A stretch of 64,000 nt of DNA from a virus (taxonomy: Duplodnaviria > Caudoviricetes), in IMG/VR virus record IMGVR_UViG_3300028048_000064, positions 32,001-96,000 of that record. One strand, given 5' to 3'. The stretch's first letter is position 1, and every line of letters starts with the position of its first letter. The notes beneath the pieces were generated by a model, which saw only the letters and a program-made list of their open reading frames with translations, did not search any database and was not told where the DNA came from. Positions 1 through 9,207 of this stretch are shown here, in pieces. The translations under genes were made by a program, and so were the position numbers.

Positions 1-1
1 T

Positions 2-1561
2 AATAAAATGAAAATACGCTGTAATATATGTGGCTATGAATTTGAACAAACTCCCAATAAACATTTATTGGGAAGAGGTTGCCCTAATTGTGGAAAAACT
101 AAACTATGGACAAATGAACAGTTTATAAATGCTGTAGAGAATAAATTTCCGGAACAGTTTACCTTTGAAAAAACAAAATATATTAATCAACGAACACCAA
201 TTGTTATCACATGTAAAAAACATGGGGATATTGAAGTTAATCCAAAAACTTTTCTTAATGGTGGTGGATGTAAATTCTGCCAAAAAGAAAAAAGAGAAGA
301 ATTTAAAAATAGTTTTTCAGAACGTGCAAGGAAAGTACATCCTATTGAAGAAGAACTTGACTACAGTAAAAGTGAATATGTTGATTATCACACAAAAATT
401 AAGATAATATGTCATAAGAAAGATGAATATGGAGTAGAACATGGTGAATTTTGGCAAACACCTGCACATCATCTAAATGGAGAAGGATGTCCTAAATGCA
501 AAGGTAATACTAAGATGAATGGGTATGATTTTGTGATTAAAGCAAAAAAAGTACATGGCGATAAATTTTCTTATTTTGAAGAAAAATATATTGGTTATAA
601 TGAAAATACTGATATTAAATGTAATACTTGCGGTAGAATTTTTCAGCAGACCCCACATAATCATCTGAAAGGTGAGGGATGTCCGTATTGTATATGTAAT
701 ATCTCAAAACCAGAAATTGATATAAGTGATTTTATTTCACAATTTGCTGATATAAGTACTAATAATAGAAAAATATTAAATAATTCAAAGGAAATTGATA
801 TTTTAATACCTTCTAAAAATATAGCATTTGAATATGATGGCTTGGTATGGCATTCAGAAAAGTTCGGTAAAGATAAAAACTACCATTTAAACAAAACAAA
901 AGAATGTTTGAATAACGGTATTCAACTTTATCATATATTTGAGGATGAATGGATATATAAACGTGAAATTGTGGTTTCTAAAATTAAAAACATAATAGGC
1001 ATAACTGAAAATAAAATATTTGCAAGAAAATGTATAATAAAGGAAATAACTGATATTGATACAAAGACGTTCCTTAATGCAAACCATCTACAGGGTTATT
1101 GTAATTCAAAATACAGATATGGATTATATTACAATGATGAATTAGTATCAGTTATGACATTTGGCCATCTGCGCAAAAATTTAGGAAGCAAAGGTAATAA
1201 TAATGAATATGAATTACTTAGGTTTTGTAATAAATTGAATACTACTGTTGTTGGTGGGGCTTCTAAACTTCTTAAATATTTTATAAAGTCAATTCAACCT
1301 AATAGAATTATAAGTTATGCTGATAAGAGATGGAGTAATGGTAATCTTTATAGAAAAATAGGATTTAAACAATTAAAAGATAGTGAGCCTGGCTATTTCT
1401 ATGTGGTTGGACAACACAGGGAAAATAGATTTAAATACCGTAAGGATGCTCTTATTAAAGAAGGATATGATAAGAATAAAACAGAACATGAAATAATGTT
1501 GGAACGTGGTATATATAGGATATATGATTGTGGAATGATGGCATTTGAAATAAAATTCTAA
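2..1561 (+). CDS. Zn-ribbon repeat + VSR/PD-(D/E)xK-like endonuclease + C-terminal GNAT/Mom-like domain (Hef-like homing endonuclease), probably 5'-truncated by the window edge
   Basis: Frame is open from base 2 (first ATG at 8). At least 4 Cys/His repeats (C..HGEFWQTP..HL.G.GCPKC), nuclease motif EIDILIP..IAFEYDG..WHS...HIFEDEW, and C-terminal YELLRFC..GGASKLL..ISYADKRWS.G.LY..GF...IYDCG. Confidence 0.8.
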   Translation, partial: NKMKIRCNICGYEFEQTPNKHLLGRGCPNCGKTKLWTNEQFINAVENKFPEQFTFEKTKYINQRTPIVITCKKHGDIEVNPKTFLNGGGCKFCQKEKREEFKNSFSERARKVHPIEEELDYSKSEYVDYHTKIKIICHKKDEYGVEHGEFWQTPAHHLNGEGCPKCKGNTKMNGYDFVIKAKKVHGDKFSYFEEKYIGYNENTDIKCNTCGRIFQQTPHNHLKGEGCPYCICNISKPEIDISDFISQFADISTNNRKILNNSKEIDILIPSKNIAFEYDGLVWHSEKFGKDKNYHLNKTKECLNNGIQLYHIFEDEWIYKREIVVSKIKNIIGITENKIFARKCIIKEITDIDTKTFLNANHLQGYCNSKYRYGLYYNDELVSVMTFGHLRKNLGSKGNNNEYELLRFCNKLNTTVVGGASKLLKYFIKSIQPNRIISYADKRWSNGNLYRKIGFKQLKDSEPGYFYVVGQHRENRFKYRKDALIKEGYDKNKTEHEIMLERGIYRIYDCGMMAFEIKF

Positions 1562-1637
1562 CTTTGTACCTTGATGTTTACTTTTTAGTCACATTATAAT
1601 ATTTATATATAAATAACAATAATAAAGATAATATATA

Positions 1638-2876
1638 ATGGGAAGACCACGTAAAACAACAGAAGAATGGTTTGAAGAGTGTAAAAAACGCCGTAAGGAT
1701 AAATGTAAAAATTTAAAATTAACTGAAAATTCGGTTTATCTTGGGCGTGAAAGTTTAATTGAACTTGAATGTACTAAGCATAATATAAGGTTTAGTTATA
1801 CAGCAGACTCTATTCTTAGAAGGGATACTATGTGCCCGGAATGCCTAAAAGAATATAGAGGAACTGATTATAAATCTTGGGAAAATAAAGCAAGAGAAGT
1901 TCATGGAGATGAATTTACATATCCTTATCTTAAAGATGAATATAAAGACATGCATAGTATGATTACCATGTTATGTAGTAACGGTCATACATTCAAACAA
2001 GATGCAACAAGTCATTTATCAGGGTGTGGTTGTCGTAAATGCTATGAAGAAAGTTTAAAGAAGCCAAAAGTTAGCTTTGAAGAATATCTTAAATTGGAAA
2101 AAGAAAAATTTGGAGATAAATTTGATTTAAGTAAATTTGAATACAAAGGTTTAAAAGAAAAATCAATTTATATTTGCCACTGTAAAGATAAAAATGGTGT
2201 TGAACATGGTGAATTTGAACAGTCACCATCAGCACATCTTAGAAGTAAAACAGGATGCCATAAGTGTTGTAATGAGCTAATAGCAAAAACACAAACTTTA
2301 ACAACAGAAGAATTTATTGAAAAGGCATTAAAAGTACACGGTGAAGACTTCAATTATAAAGATGCAAAATATATTAATGCAAAGGAAAATATATGGTTAA
2401 CATGTAATAATTGTGGCAATCATTTTCAAATAACACCAGATAATCATTTAAGAGGTGAAGGCTGTCCAAAATGTAATAAGAGTAAATTAGAAAGAAGTCT
2501 TGGTAATTTTTTTGAAAGTAAAAATATAGAATATGTTAAGGATTATATGAATAGTTTTAACAACTTAAGAAATGATTTTTATCTTCCTAAATATAATGTA
2601 ATAGTTGAGTGCCAAGGAACACAACATTTTAGACCAACATATTTTGGAAATTATAATAAAGAAAAGGCTGAGAGAAATTTAGAATATACTATTAGTTGTG
2701 ATGTACGTAAAAATAAGATAGCCAATGATTTAGGAATTAAGATTTTATATTTTATGGATAAACATAACTTTAAAGAGGAATACTTGGATAATGAAAAATA
2801 CTCTAAAATATATCAAAAAGATAACTTATTCACTAATATGTGTTCCATATTAGAAAAAATAAAAGAAGGTAGTTGA
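1638..2876 (+). CDS. Zn-ribbon repeat VSR/DUF559-like homing endonuclease (no GNAT tail)
   Basis: Four Cys/His repeats followed by SKLE...DFYLPKYNVIVECQGTQHF...D.RKN.IA...GIKILY. Confidence 0.78.
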   Translation: MGRPRKTTEEWFEECKKRRKDKCKNLKLTENSVYLGRESLIELECTKHNIRFSYTADSILRRDTMCPECLKEYRGTDYKSWENKAREVHGDEFTYPYLKDEYKDMHSMITMLCSNGHTFKQDATSHLSGCGCRKCYEESLKKPKVSFEEYLKLEKEKFGDKFDLSKFEYKGLKEKSIYICHCKDKNGVEHGEFEQSPSAHLRSKTGCHKCCNELIAKTQTLTTEEFIEKALKVHGEDFNYKDAKYINAKENIWLTCNNCGNHFQITPDNHLRGEGCPKCNKSKLERSLGNFFESKNIEYVKDYMNSFNNLRNDFYLPKYNVIVECQGTQHFRPTYFGNYNKEKAERNLEYTISCDVRKNKIANDLGIKILYFMDKHNFKEEYLDNEKYSKIYQKDNLFTNMCSILEKIKEGS

Positions 2877-2892
2877 AATCTCTACCTTCTTT
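2862..2892. terminator. Bidirectional intrinsic terminator
   Basis: Inverted repeat AAGAAGGTAG...CTACCTTCTT between convergent genes, with A/T-rich flanks. Confidence 0.7.
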
Positions 2893-2919
2893 ATAAGTTA
2901 TTCATTATCAGTAGGTTAA

Positions 2920-3408
2920 TTAGAAACTGAGGATACAGTACTGGGGACGTAATGTTAATGTCCATGTACTAAGTGAGTCGTCATCATAACTTAACTCACC
3001 ACCTGAAGCAGAAACAATCATTGCAGACTTGATAATCCATTGTGATACAGCAGTTCCGGTTGGATCCAACATCTCTAAGATGAGGTCTCTTTTATATGCA
3101 GCAGCATAGCCTTGACGTCCGGTAACTGATTCTGAATGAAGACGTACCCACTCCATAACAGCTTGTGATGCACTTGGGCCAATAGGGTCTCGTAGCTCGC
3201 AAGTAATTTGTTCCCACAAGTAGCGTCCAACCACCCAACTTGAAGTATTAAGGAATTGGATTTCAGTTTCATTTTGTGTAATTGTAGGACGTGAGCATGA
3301 TGATACCCACCATTCCTGTATTCCTAAATCTGAAGGAAATCTAAGTAAAAATCGATTTTTCCTGAGTGGCTCATATTCCACCGGCATCTTCAAGAGCATA
3401 TCTGGCAT
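2920..3408 (-). CDS. Tail tube protein (T4 gp19-like)
   Basis: 162 aa with EP.RKNRF, W..ITCELRDPI, VMEW, YKRDL.LEMLDP.G...QW, ELSY and final L.LRPQYC, the typical myovirus tube pattern. Confidence 0.85.
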   Translation of the reverse strand: MPDMLLKMPVEYEPLRKNRFLLRFPSDLGIQEWWVSSCSRPTITQNETEIQFLNTSSWVVGRYLWEQITCELRDPIGPSASQAVMEWVRLHSESVTGRQGYAAAYKRDLILEMLDPTGTAVSQWIIKSAMIVSASGGELSYDDDSLSTWTLTLRPQYCILSF

Positions 3409-3494
3409 TTGTGTATGTAAGTAAATAATATTTTTATTTTTATATTCTCTTTTTGTTATTTTTCAATTATAAATATGTTAAAAAACATTTTTTA

Positions 3495-3526
3495 TTTGCT
3501 TTTTTAAAAAAATTGTAGTATTTTTG
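3495..3526 (+). promoter_or_regulatory. Bacteroidota housekeeping-sigma promoter (-33/-7)
   Basis: TTTG(3495)-N20-TATTTTTG(3519) upstream of ORF 3569. Confidence 0.7.
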
Positions 3527-3568
3527 CAAACGGGATTAATATATATAAATAAGTATTAAAATAAAGAT

Positions 3569-5458
3569 ATGACAAAAGAGGAAAGATTTGAAGAATTTAA
3601 ATTAAAGGCTGTCAACACCCATAAGGGGTATTATATATATGACAAGGTTGATTATATAAACAGTACAACTAAAGTATGCATCATTTGTCCGCTGCATGGT
3701 GAATTTTGGCAAACACCGGCAGCACATATACAAGGGCAACATTGTCCTAAGTGTGCTAATAAAAAACGTGGAGATACTTTTAGGGGCAACAAGGATAATT
3801 TTATTTCAGAAGCAAGGAAGACACATGGTGACAAGTATGATTATTCAAAGGTAGAATATGAAAGTATGATGAAACCGGTTGAAATAGTGTGCAGCAAGCA
3901 TGGCTCTTTTTGGCAGATACCAATGCTTCATGTAAAAGGTCAAGGGTGTCCTAAATGTGCCGGACGTAACCATACAAATGAAGAAGTTGTTGAAAGGATG
4001 CAGTTGGCACATCCTTATGAAGACTATGACTATACAAAGGTTGAATTTACAAAGATGCATAACAAAGTGTGTATTGTGTGTCATAAAAAAGATAAGGACG
4101 GTAATGAACATGGTGAATTTTGGCAAACACCGGCCAAACACATTTATGGAAGGGGCTGTCCTAAATGTGGAAATATAAAGAAAAATGTTGATAGAAAAAT
4201 AACAGTAGAAAAGTTTAAAGAAAGAGGAAACAAGATTTTCAATGGGTTTTATGATTATCAATATGTGGATTTTGAGAATTTACATGATAAAGTTGATATA
4301 GTTTGTCCTGTTCACGGAAAATTTAAACAGATTGTTTGTGACCATTTGAATGGGCATGGTTGTACACAATGTGCTATTGATAAAACAAAATCAAATACTG
4401 AAGAATTTATTGCAAAATCTAAGATTATTCACGGTGGTAAATATGATTATTCAAAAGTAAATTATGTAAACAGTTATACTGAGGTATGTATTATATGCCC
4501 GGAACATGGAGAATTTTGGCAAGACCCCGGTACACATCTTAAAGGATGTGGTTGTCCTAAGTGTGGTAAGATAATTTCAAAGAATGAAGAGGAATTATAT
4601 CAATTTGTTTGCAATCTTGTTGGGGTAGATAATGTTATAAGAAATGACCGTGAGGTACTTAATGGAAAGGAGATTGACATATACATTCCGTCATTGAAAG
4701 TAGGAATTGAATATAATGGCGTTGTATGGCATTCAGAGAAGTTTGGTAAAGGAAGAAATTATCATATAGACAAGCTTAACGCAGCATTAGATAATGGTGT
4801 AAAACTAATTCAGATATTCGAGGACGAATTTATTGACTGTAAGAATATTGTATTAGGAAAGATACGTCATATATTAGGATATGACAATTATCAAGAGAAG
4901 ATATTTGGTAGGAAGTGCGAAATAAGGGAAATAGACAGATATACTTCAAAGGAGTTTCTTGTTACAAATCACATTCAAGGTTATGTTAAGTCAACAATGC
5001 ATTTAGGTGCGTTTTATAATAATAAGTTAGTTGCTGTGATGTCATTTAACAACATACAGAAAGGTGGTGATAAATGGGAATTAACGAGGTTTGCAAGTGA
5101 TATAACCAAGTTATGTTGTGGTATTGGTGGAAAGTTATTTAAATATTTTGTAGAGAAATACAATCCATCATATATAAAATCATTTGCTGATAGGAGGTGG
5201 ACAATGGATGAGAAATGTAATCTTTATACGAAACTTGGTTTTAATCTTGAAGAGATATTGAAACCAGAGTATAGGTATATAGAGAGTGGTTCTTATAAGA
5301 GGGCACACAAGTTTAATTTCAGAAAGAATACGTTAAGTAAGAAGTACGGTTTACCGTTGACAATGACTGAAACTGAGATGTGTGATGAGATTGGTGCTTA
5401 TAAGATTTGGGATTGCGGATTGCTAAAATATGTGTGGAAAAATAAAAAAATGCAGTAG
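3569..5458 (+). CDS. Zn-ribbon repeat + VSR/PD-(D/E)xK-like endonuclease + GNAT/Mom-like domain (Hef-like homing endonuclease)
   Basis: Five Cys/His repeats, EIDIYIP..VGIEYNG..WHS...QIFEDE, then WELTRFA..GIGGKLF..IKSFADRRW..LY..GF...IWDCG. Clear paralogue of ORF 2..1561. Confidence 0.8.
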   Translation: MTKEERFEEFKLKAVNTHKGYYIYDKVDYINSTTKVCIICPLHGEFWQTPAAHIQGQHCPKCANKKRGDTFRGNKDNFISEARKTHGDKYDYSKVEYESMMKPVEIVCSKHGSFWQIPMLHVKGQGCPKCAGRNHTNEEVVERMQLAHPYEDYDYTKVEFTKMHNKVCIVCHKKDKDGNEHGEFWQTPAKHIYGRGCPKCGNIKKNVDRKITVEKFKERGNKIFNGFYDYQYVDFENLHDKVDIVCPVHGKFKQIVCDHLNGHGCTQCAIDKTKSNTEEFIAKSKIIHGGKYDYSKVNYVNSYTEVCIICPEHGEFWQDPGTHLKGCGCPKCGKIISKNEEELYQFVCNLVGVDNVIRNDREVLNGKEIDIYIPSLKVGIEYNGVVWHSEKFGKGRNYHIDKLNAALDNGVKLIQIFEDEFIDCKNIVLGKIRHILGYDNYQEKIFGRKCEIREIDRYTSKEFLVTNHIQGYVKSTMHLGAFYNNKLVAVMSFNNIQKGGDKWELTRFASDITKLCCGIGGKLFKYFVEKYNPSYIKSFADRRWTMDEKCNLYTKLGFNLEEILKPEYRYIESGSYKRAHKFNFRKNTLSKKYGLPLTMTETEMCDEIGAYKIWDCGLLKYVWKNKKMQ

Positions 5459-5478
5459 TTATTTACTGCATTCTTTTT
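5445..5478. terminator. Bidirectional intrinsic terminator
   Basis: AATGCAGTA-gttatt-TACTGCATT with A/T tracts. Its arms encode the last codons of both convergent genes. Confidence 0.7.
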
Positions 5479-5855
5479 AATATGTTTAAAACATTATCTC
5501 TTACATCCATTTCAAGTTTTCTTATGACTTCATATCCGCCGCCACCATAACAATTTTTATCTGTGACACATGCAATATCATATTTGTCATATACAGCATC
5601 AAGTATGTCATCTGTTAAGATATCTTGCCAACAGTCATGGACTTCATTTTCTATGATGTCAGGATTATTAAGCATATCTTCTTCATCAAATTGATTTAAG
5701 ACATGTTTGCTTAATACATTAATTGCTTGTTTATATTTAGCATCATTTAGTTCAGTCCATTTGTCTATATTAGCTTCTTTTAATACCCTTTTTACAGATG
5801 TAGCAATAATATTATGAAACTGACTTTCTGTTAGTCTTATACTTTTCTTAGTCAT
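5463..5855 (-). CDS. Hypothetical protein, possible internal head protein
   Basis: 130 aa ORF; N-terminal IRLTESQFHNII..SVKRVLKE leader with L-x-E motifs. Confidence 0.55.
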   Translation of the reverse strand: MTKKSIRLTESQFHNIIATSVKRVLKEANIDKWTELNDAKYKQAINVLSKHVLNQFDEEDMLNNPDIIENEVHDCWQDILTDDILDAVYDKYDIACVTDKNCYGGGGYEVIRKLEMDVRDNVLNILKRMQ

Positions 5856-5879
5856 TTTACAAAAAATATATAAGAGGGA

Positions 5880-6311
5880 TTATACAGTTTGTTGTGGTTG
5901 TTTTTCTGCTTTGTTTGCATCTTCTGCTGCCTTGTCAACTGTTTGCCAGATTTTTTTGAGTAGCTGATAACTAGAAGAAGTTGGGTTATTTGCCAACTTT
6001 GAAATACCTTGAAGTGACAGAACACGTATTTTATCAATAATAGGCTTAATCTCAGCATCTACTTGTGACAAGTTCTGTGCAACCTTATCATCTTCTTCTG
6101 ATTTGAATGGTGTTGTATCCATTTGCTGTTGTGCTTCAGGTGATGCTTGTCGCATTTGTGCAAGGTTTGCCTTTGGTGGCAGTTGGTCTACATCTGCCAT
6201 TGGGTCATTATTTTCTCCGAATACAAGGCTTTCGACGGTCAGAGATGGTGTTTTATCTCTGAGAATAAGTTTCATTTCCTCAATCAGATTGCTACTATTA
6301 TTTTTATTCAT
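5880..6311 (-). CDS. Hypothetical protein
   Basis: 143 aa ORF preceded by an ATATTTAT motif; co-oriented with 5463..5855. Confidence 0.6.
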   Translation of the reverse strand: MNKNNSSNLIEEMKLILRDKTPSLTVESLVFGENNDPMADVDQLPPKANLAQMRQASPEAQQQMDTTPFKSEEDDKVAQNLSQVDAEIKPIIDKIRVLSLQGISKLANNPTSSSYQLLKKIWQTVDKAAEDANKAEKQPQQTV

Positions 6312-6403
6312 ATCTTTAAAAACGTTCTTAAATTATATATAATAAATATTAGGTGAAAAATAAAAATTAATGTAATTATATTATTGAAATATATTCATTT
6401 TTA

Positions 6404-6973
6404 ATGAAACAACCGGTAAAAGGCGGAAATAAAATAAAAAGGAAAACAAAAACAGTTAAGACTGGTAATCACAATCCATTTCGTAAGAGAAATCATACAC
6501 AAGAATATGGTACTTCAAAATTGGAGTATGATTTTGCACATGATTTCTTGGATAAATTGGGCTTAAAGTATGTTTACCAATTTTGTGCGGTCTCAATTGG
6601 GAGGTATTTTGACTTCGCAATTACGGCAGTTGAGAACTATCCTTACAAATATGTTATTAAGGAGGGAATTAATAGTATTGACCAAGATGCACAATGGTTT
6701 AAACCCGATTTCATCATTGAGGTGGATGGTGATTATTTTCATTCAAATCCATTATTAGTAAAGGAGGATAAACTTAATCCAATGCAGAAGCACAATAAGT
6801 TTGTTGATAAGTTAAAAGATGAATGGTGTGGAATGAATTGTATTCCTTTACTGAGAATATGGGAGTATGATATAAGACATAACCCCAAGAAAGTCATTGA
6901 TATGATTTGTGAGTATTCAAGTGCAGCAAAGAAAAGACAGATGATAAAGGAAAATAAAAAGAAGCCACATTAA
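6404..6973 (+). CDS. VSR/DUF559-like endonuclease
   Basis: SKLE...YFDF...IIEVDGDYFH...DKLKD...IPLLRIWE.DI motif set. Confidence 0.75.
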   Translation: MKQPVKGGNKIKRKTKTVKTGNHNPFRKRNHTQEYGTSKLEYDFAHDFLDKLGLKYVYQFCAVSIGRYFDFAITAVENYPYKYVIKEGINSIDQDAQWFKPDFIIEVDGDYFHSNPLLVKEDKLNPMQKHNKFVDKLKDEWCGMNCIPLLRIWEYDIRHNPKKVIDMICEYSSAAKKRQMIKENKKKPH

Positions 6974-7035
6974 CTGTTGATAATAAGTTAATTATGAATT
7001 AGGTTTATATTAAGATAAATTTTAATTGATGCGAA

Positions 7036-7629
7036 ATGAGAGCAGTATTATATGTACCATACAGTAACGGTGATGCACGCAATGGTTTCAAGTATGACAA
7101 GGAGATAAGTCAGAAAGAATATGCTGCCGCTATGGTTGATTATTACAATCAGCATAAGGATGGTATTGATAGTGTTTTTTACAGCAAGGGTTTAGGAAAG
7201 AACATTGCTGTAAATGGTTTTAGGAAGGAGAAGGTTAAATATAACCAACAGACTTTCTATTATCAGCCTGTTGAGGCAAAGGTATTTGATATTGATGGTA
7301 AAGACGAAAAGATTGATGAGTTAATTCAATTCTACAAGACAGGAGAACAATTTATTGTTATTGTTGCCTTATTGAATTTATCATCTGCTGACGAGACAGG
7401 TGAACTTGAAAGTGATATTAAGTCTTGGACAAGTGAGAGTATAAAGATAAACCGTACCAATAGGATGACAGAGGATGAGAAACTGAAAAGCCTTTCAAAG
7501 AAAAGTCTGAAGTTGAAGTTTAAAGACTCTAAGTCAAGCGCTATTTTGAAGAATTGCAAAATGGTTGAGGTTTACTCAAGGAATAAATTTGCATTGCTTG
7601 TTGAAAGTATAGATTTTGTACAAGAATAA
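7036..7629 (+). CDS. Hypothetical protein
   Basis: 197 aa ORF in operon orientation. Confidence 0.6.
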   Translation: MRAVLYVPYSNGDARNGFKYDKEISQKEYAAAMVDYYNQHKDGIDSVFYSKGLGKNIAVNGFRKEKVKYNQQTFYYQPVEAKVFDIDGKDEKIDELIQFYKTGEQFIVIVALLNLSSADETGELESDIKSWTSESIKINRTNRMTEDEKLKSLSKKSLKLKFKDSKSSAILKNCKMVEVYSRNKFALLVESIDFVQE

Positions 7630-7668
7630 GGCTATTAAAAATTAAAGATATATCTTTTTTAAAAGAAC

Positions 7669-9207
7669 ATGGATATTATTAACACAAATGGGAAGATGTC
7701 TCCTGAAGAGTTTGCTGCAAGAAGGAAAAAGGAACTTGCAATATTAAAGGCTTCAAATCAGATGCTTGAGGATGCAAAAAACAACCTTATTGCAATGAGT
7801 GAAGATGATATAGATATTCATAAGTATGCCGGTACACAAGAGTTGTCTAAACAAGACAAAATTAAGGCAATTGAAGAGGCACAGAAAGAGAATATTGCAG
7901 CAGGTCAGGCATATTATGGTGCGTCACCGGAAGAAATAGATAAGGCAACATATGGTGAACCTGATAAGGCTTCCATAAGGGCTTATGAAAATAGGCTCAA
8001 GATGAAGGGTATTACTGATGAGGAAATGCGTAGGAAAAGCATAGATGGTGCTATTGCCGAAGTAGTTGAAAACGAAGAGAGTAAACCAAAGCGTCGTTTA
8101 GGAAGACGTAAAAAGGAAAAGAAAGAGGAAGCAACTGAAACAGTATCACAGACGCAGGTAGAAAAAAAGAAAACAACTGTTGATGAGGTAGTAAGTGAAC
8201 CGATTGTTGAAGAAAAGAAATTTGAAACATCAAAGGAAGTATCATCAAAGATGGAAATAATCCAAGATGCGAAACCGTATATTGGTGGCGACGGTTTCAA
8301 GTTGTCAGATATACCTGATTACGTCCAATATGACATAATCCCTTTGCCATCTAATGGTGAATGTTATCCACATAAGAAGGATAGAATACCAGTGGCTTAT
8401 TTGACAGCATCTGACGAAAATATTATTGCATCCCCTAATATGTACCGTGATGGTAAGATTATTGATGCAATCCTTAGTAGAAAGATTTTGGATAAGACAA
8501 TTGACCCATCAACATTATGTGAAGGTGATAGGGATGCTGTTATCCTTTGGTTAAGGGCTACAGGGTATGGTGCTGATTTTCCTGTTAGTTTCACAAGTGC
8601 AACAGATGAGAATAAGACAATCAAGACAAAGGTTGACCTTAGTAAGTTGAAGTATAAGGATTTTAATTTGAAAGGTGACGAAAATGGTTTATTCAGTTTC
8701 TATGACAGTAAGGGTAATGAATTAAAATTCAGATTCTTCACCAAGGGTGACAAGGATAAGTTATCAAAGGATTTTGAAAAACGTGCAAATATTCTTGATG
8801 TTACAGAGATTGGCAAGTGTACTGAGATATTGAGGGAATGCTTTAACAGAGATACTTCATTGGAAGGTGATGATAAGGAAGATGTTAAGGATGCAATTGA
8901 TATATTGAATGAATGGGCAAATACCTATGAAATTGATGAAAGTATCGAAAAACTCGGCTATAATACCTATATAACAGAGATGATGAAGTTGCACACTGTA
9001 TCTATTAACGGTAATACTGATAGAGAGTATATTTCTAATTTCATTGATAACATGAGGTCATTGGATGCTTATTCATATAGGAATTACATTACAACAAATA
9101 CACCGGGTGTTGATTTCAGAATAAAGATTAATATCCCAGAGTCAGATGGAGGTGGCTCTTTTGAAACCTTTCTTAGACTCGACGATTTTGTTTTCACTAA
9201 TGTATGA
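7669..9207 (+). CDS. Baseplate hub assembly / tail assembly chaperone (T4 gp26-like) with long charged N-terminal extension
   Basis: C-terminal half has LPSNGECY, YLTASDENI, L..GDRDA..LWLRATGYG, PGVDF; lies just upstream of the tape measure gene. Confidence 0.65.
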   Translation: MDIINTNGKMSPEEFAARRKKELAILKASNQMLEDAKNNLIAMSEDDIDIHKYAGTQELSKQDKIKAIEEAQKENIAAGQAYYGASPEEIDKATYGEPDKASIRAYENRLKMKGITDEEMRRKSIDGAIAEVVENEESKPKRRLGRRKKEKKEEATETVSQTQVEKKKTTVDEVVSEPIVEEKKFETSKEVSSKMEIIQDAKPYIGGDGFKLSDIPDYVQYDIIPLPSNGECYPHKKDRIPVAYLTASDENIIASPNMYRDGKIIDAILSRKILDKTIDPSTLCEGDRDAVILWLRATGYGADFPVSFTSATDENKTIKTKVDLSKLKYKDFNLKGDENGLFSFYDSKGNELKFRFFTKGDKDKLSKDFEKRANILDVTEIGKCTEILRECFNRDTSLEGDDKEDVKDAIDILNEWANTYEIDESIEKLGYNTYITEMMKLHTVSINGNTDREYISNFIDNMRSLDAYSYRNYITTNTPGVDFRIKINIPESDGGGSFETFLRLDDFVFTNV

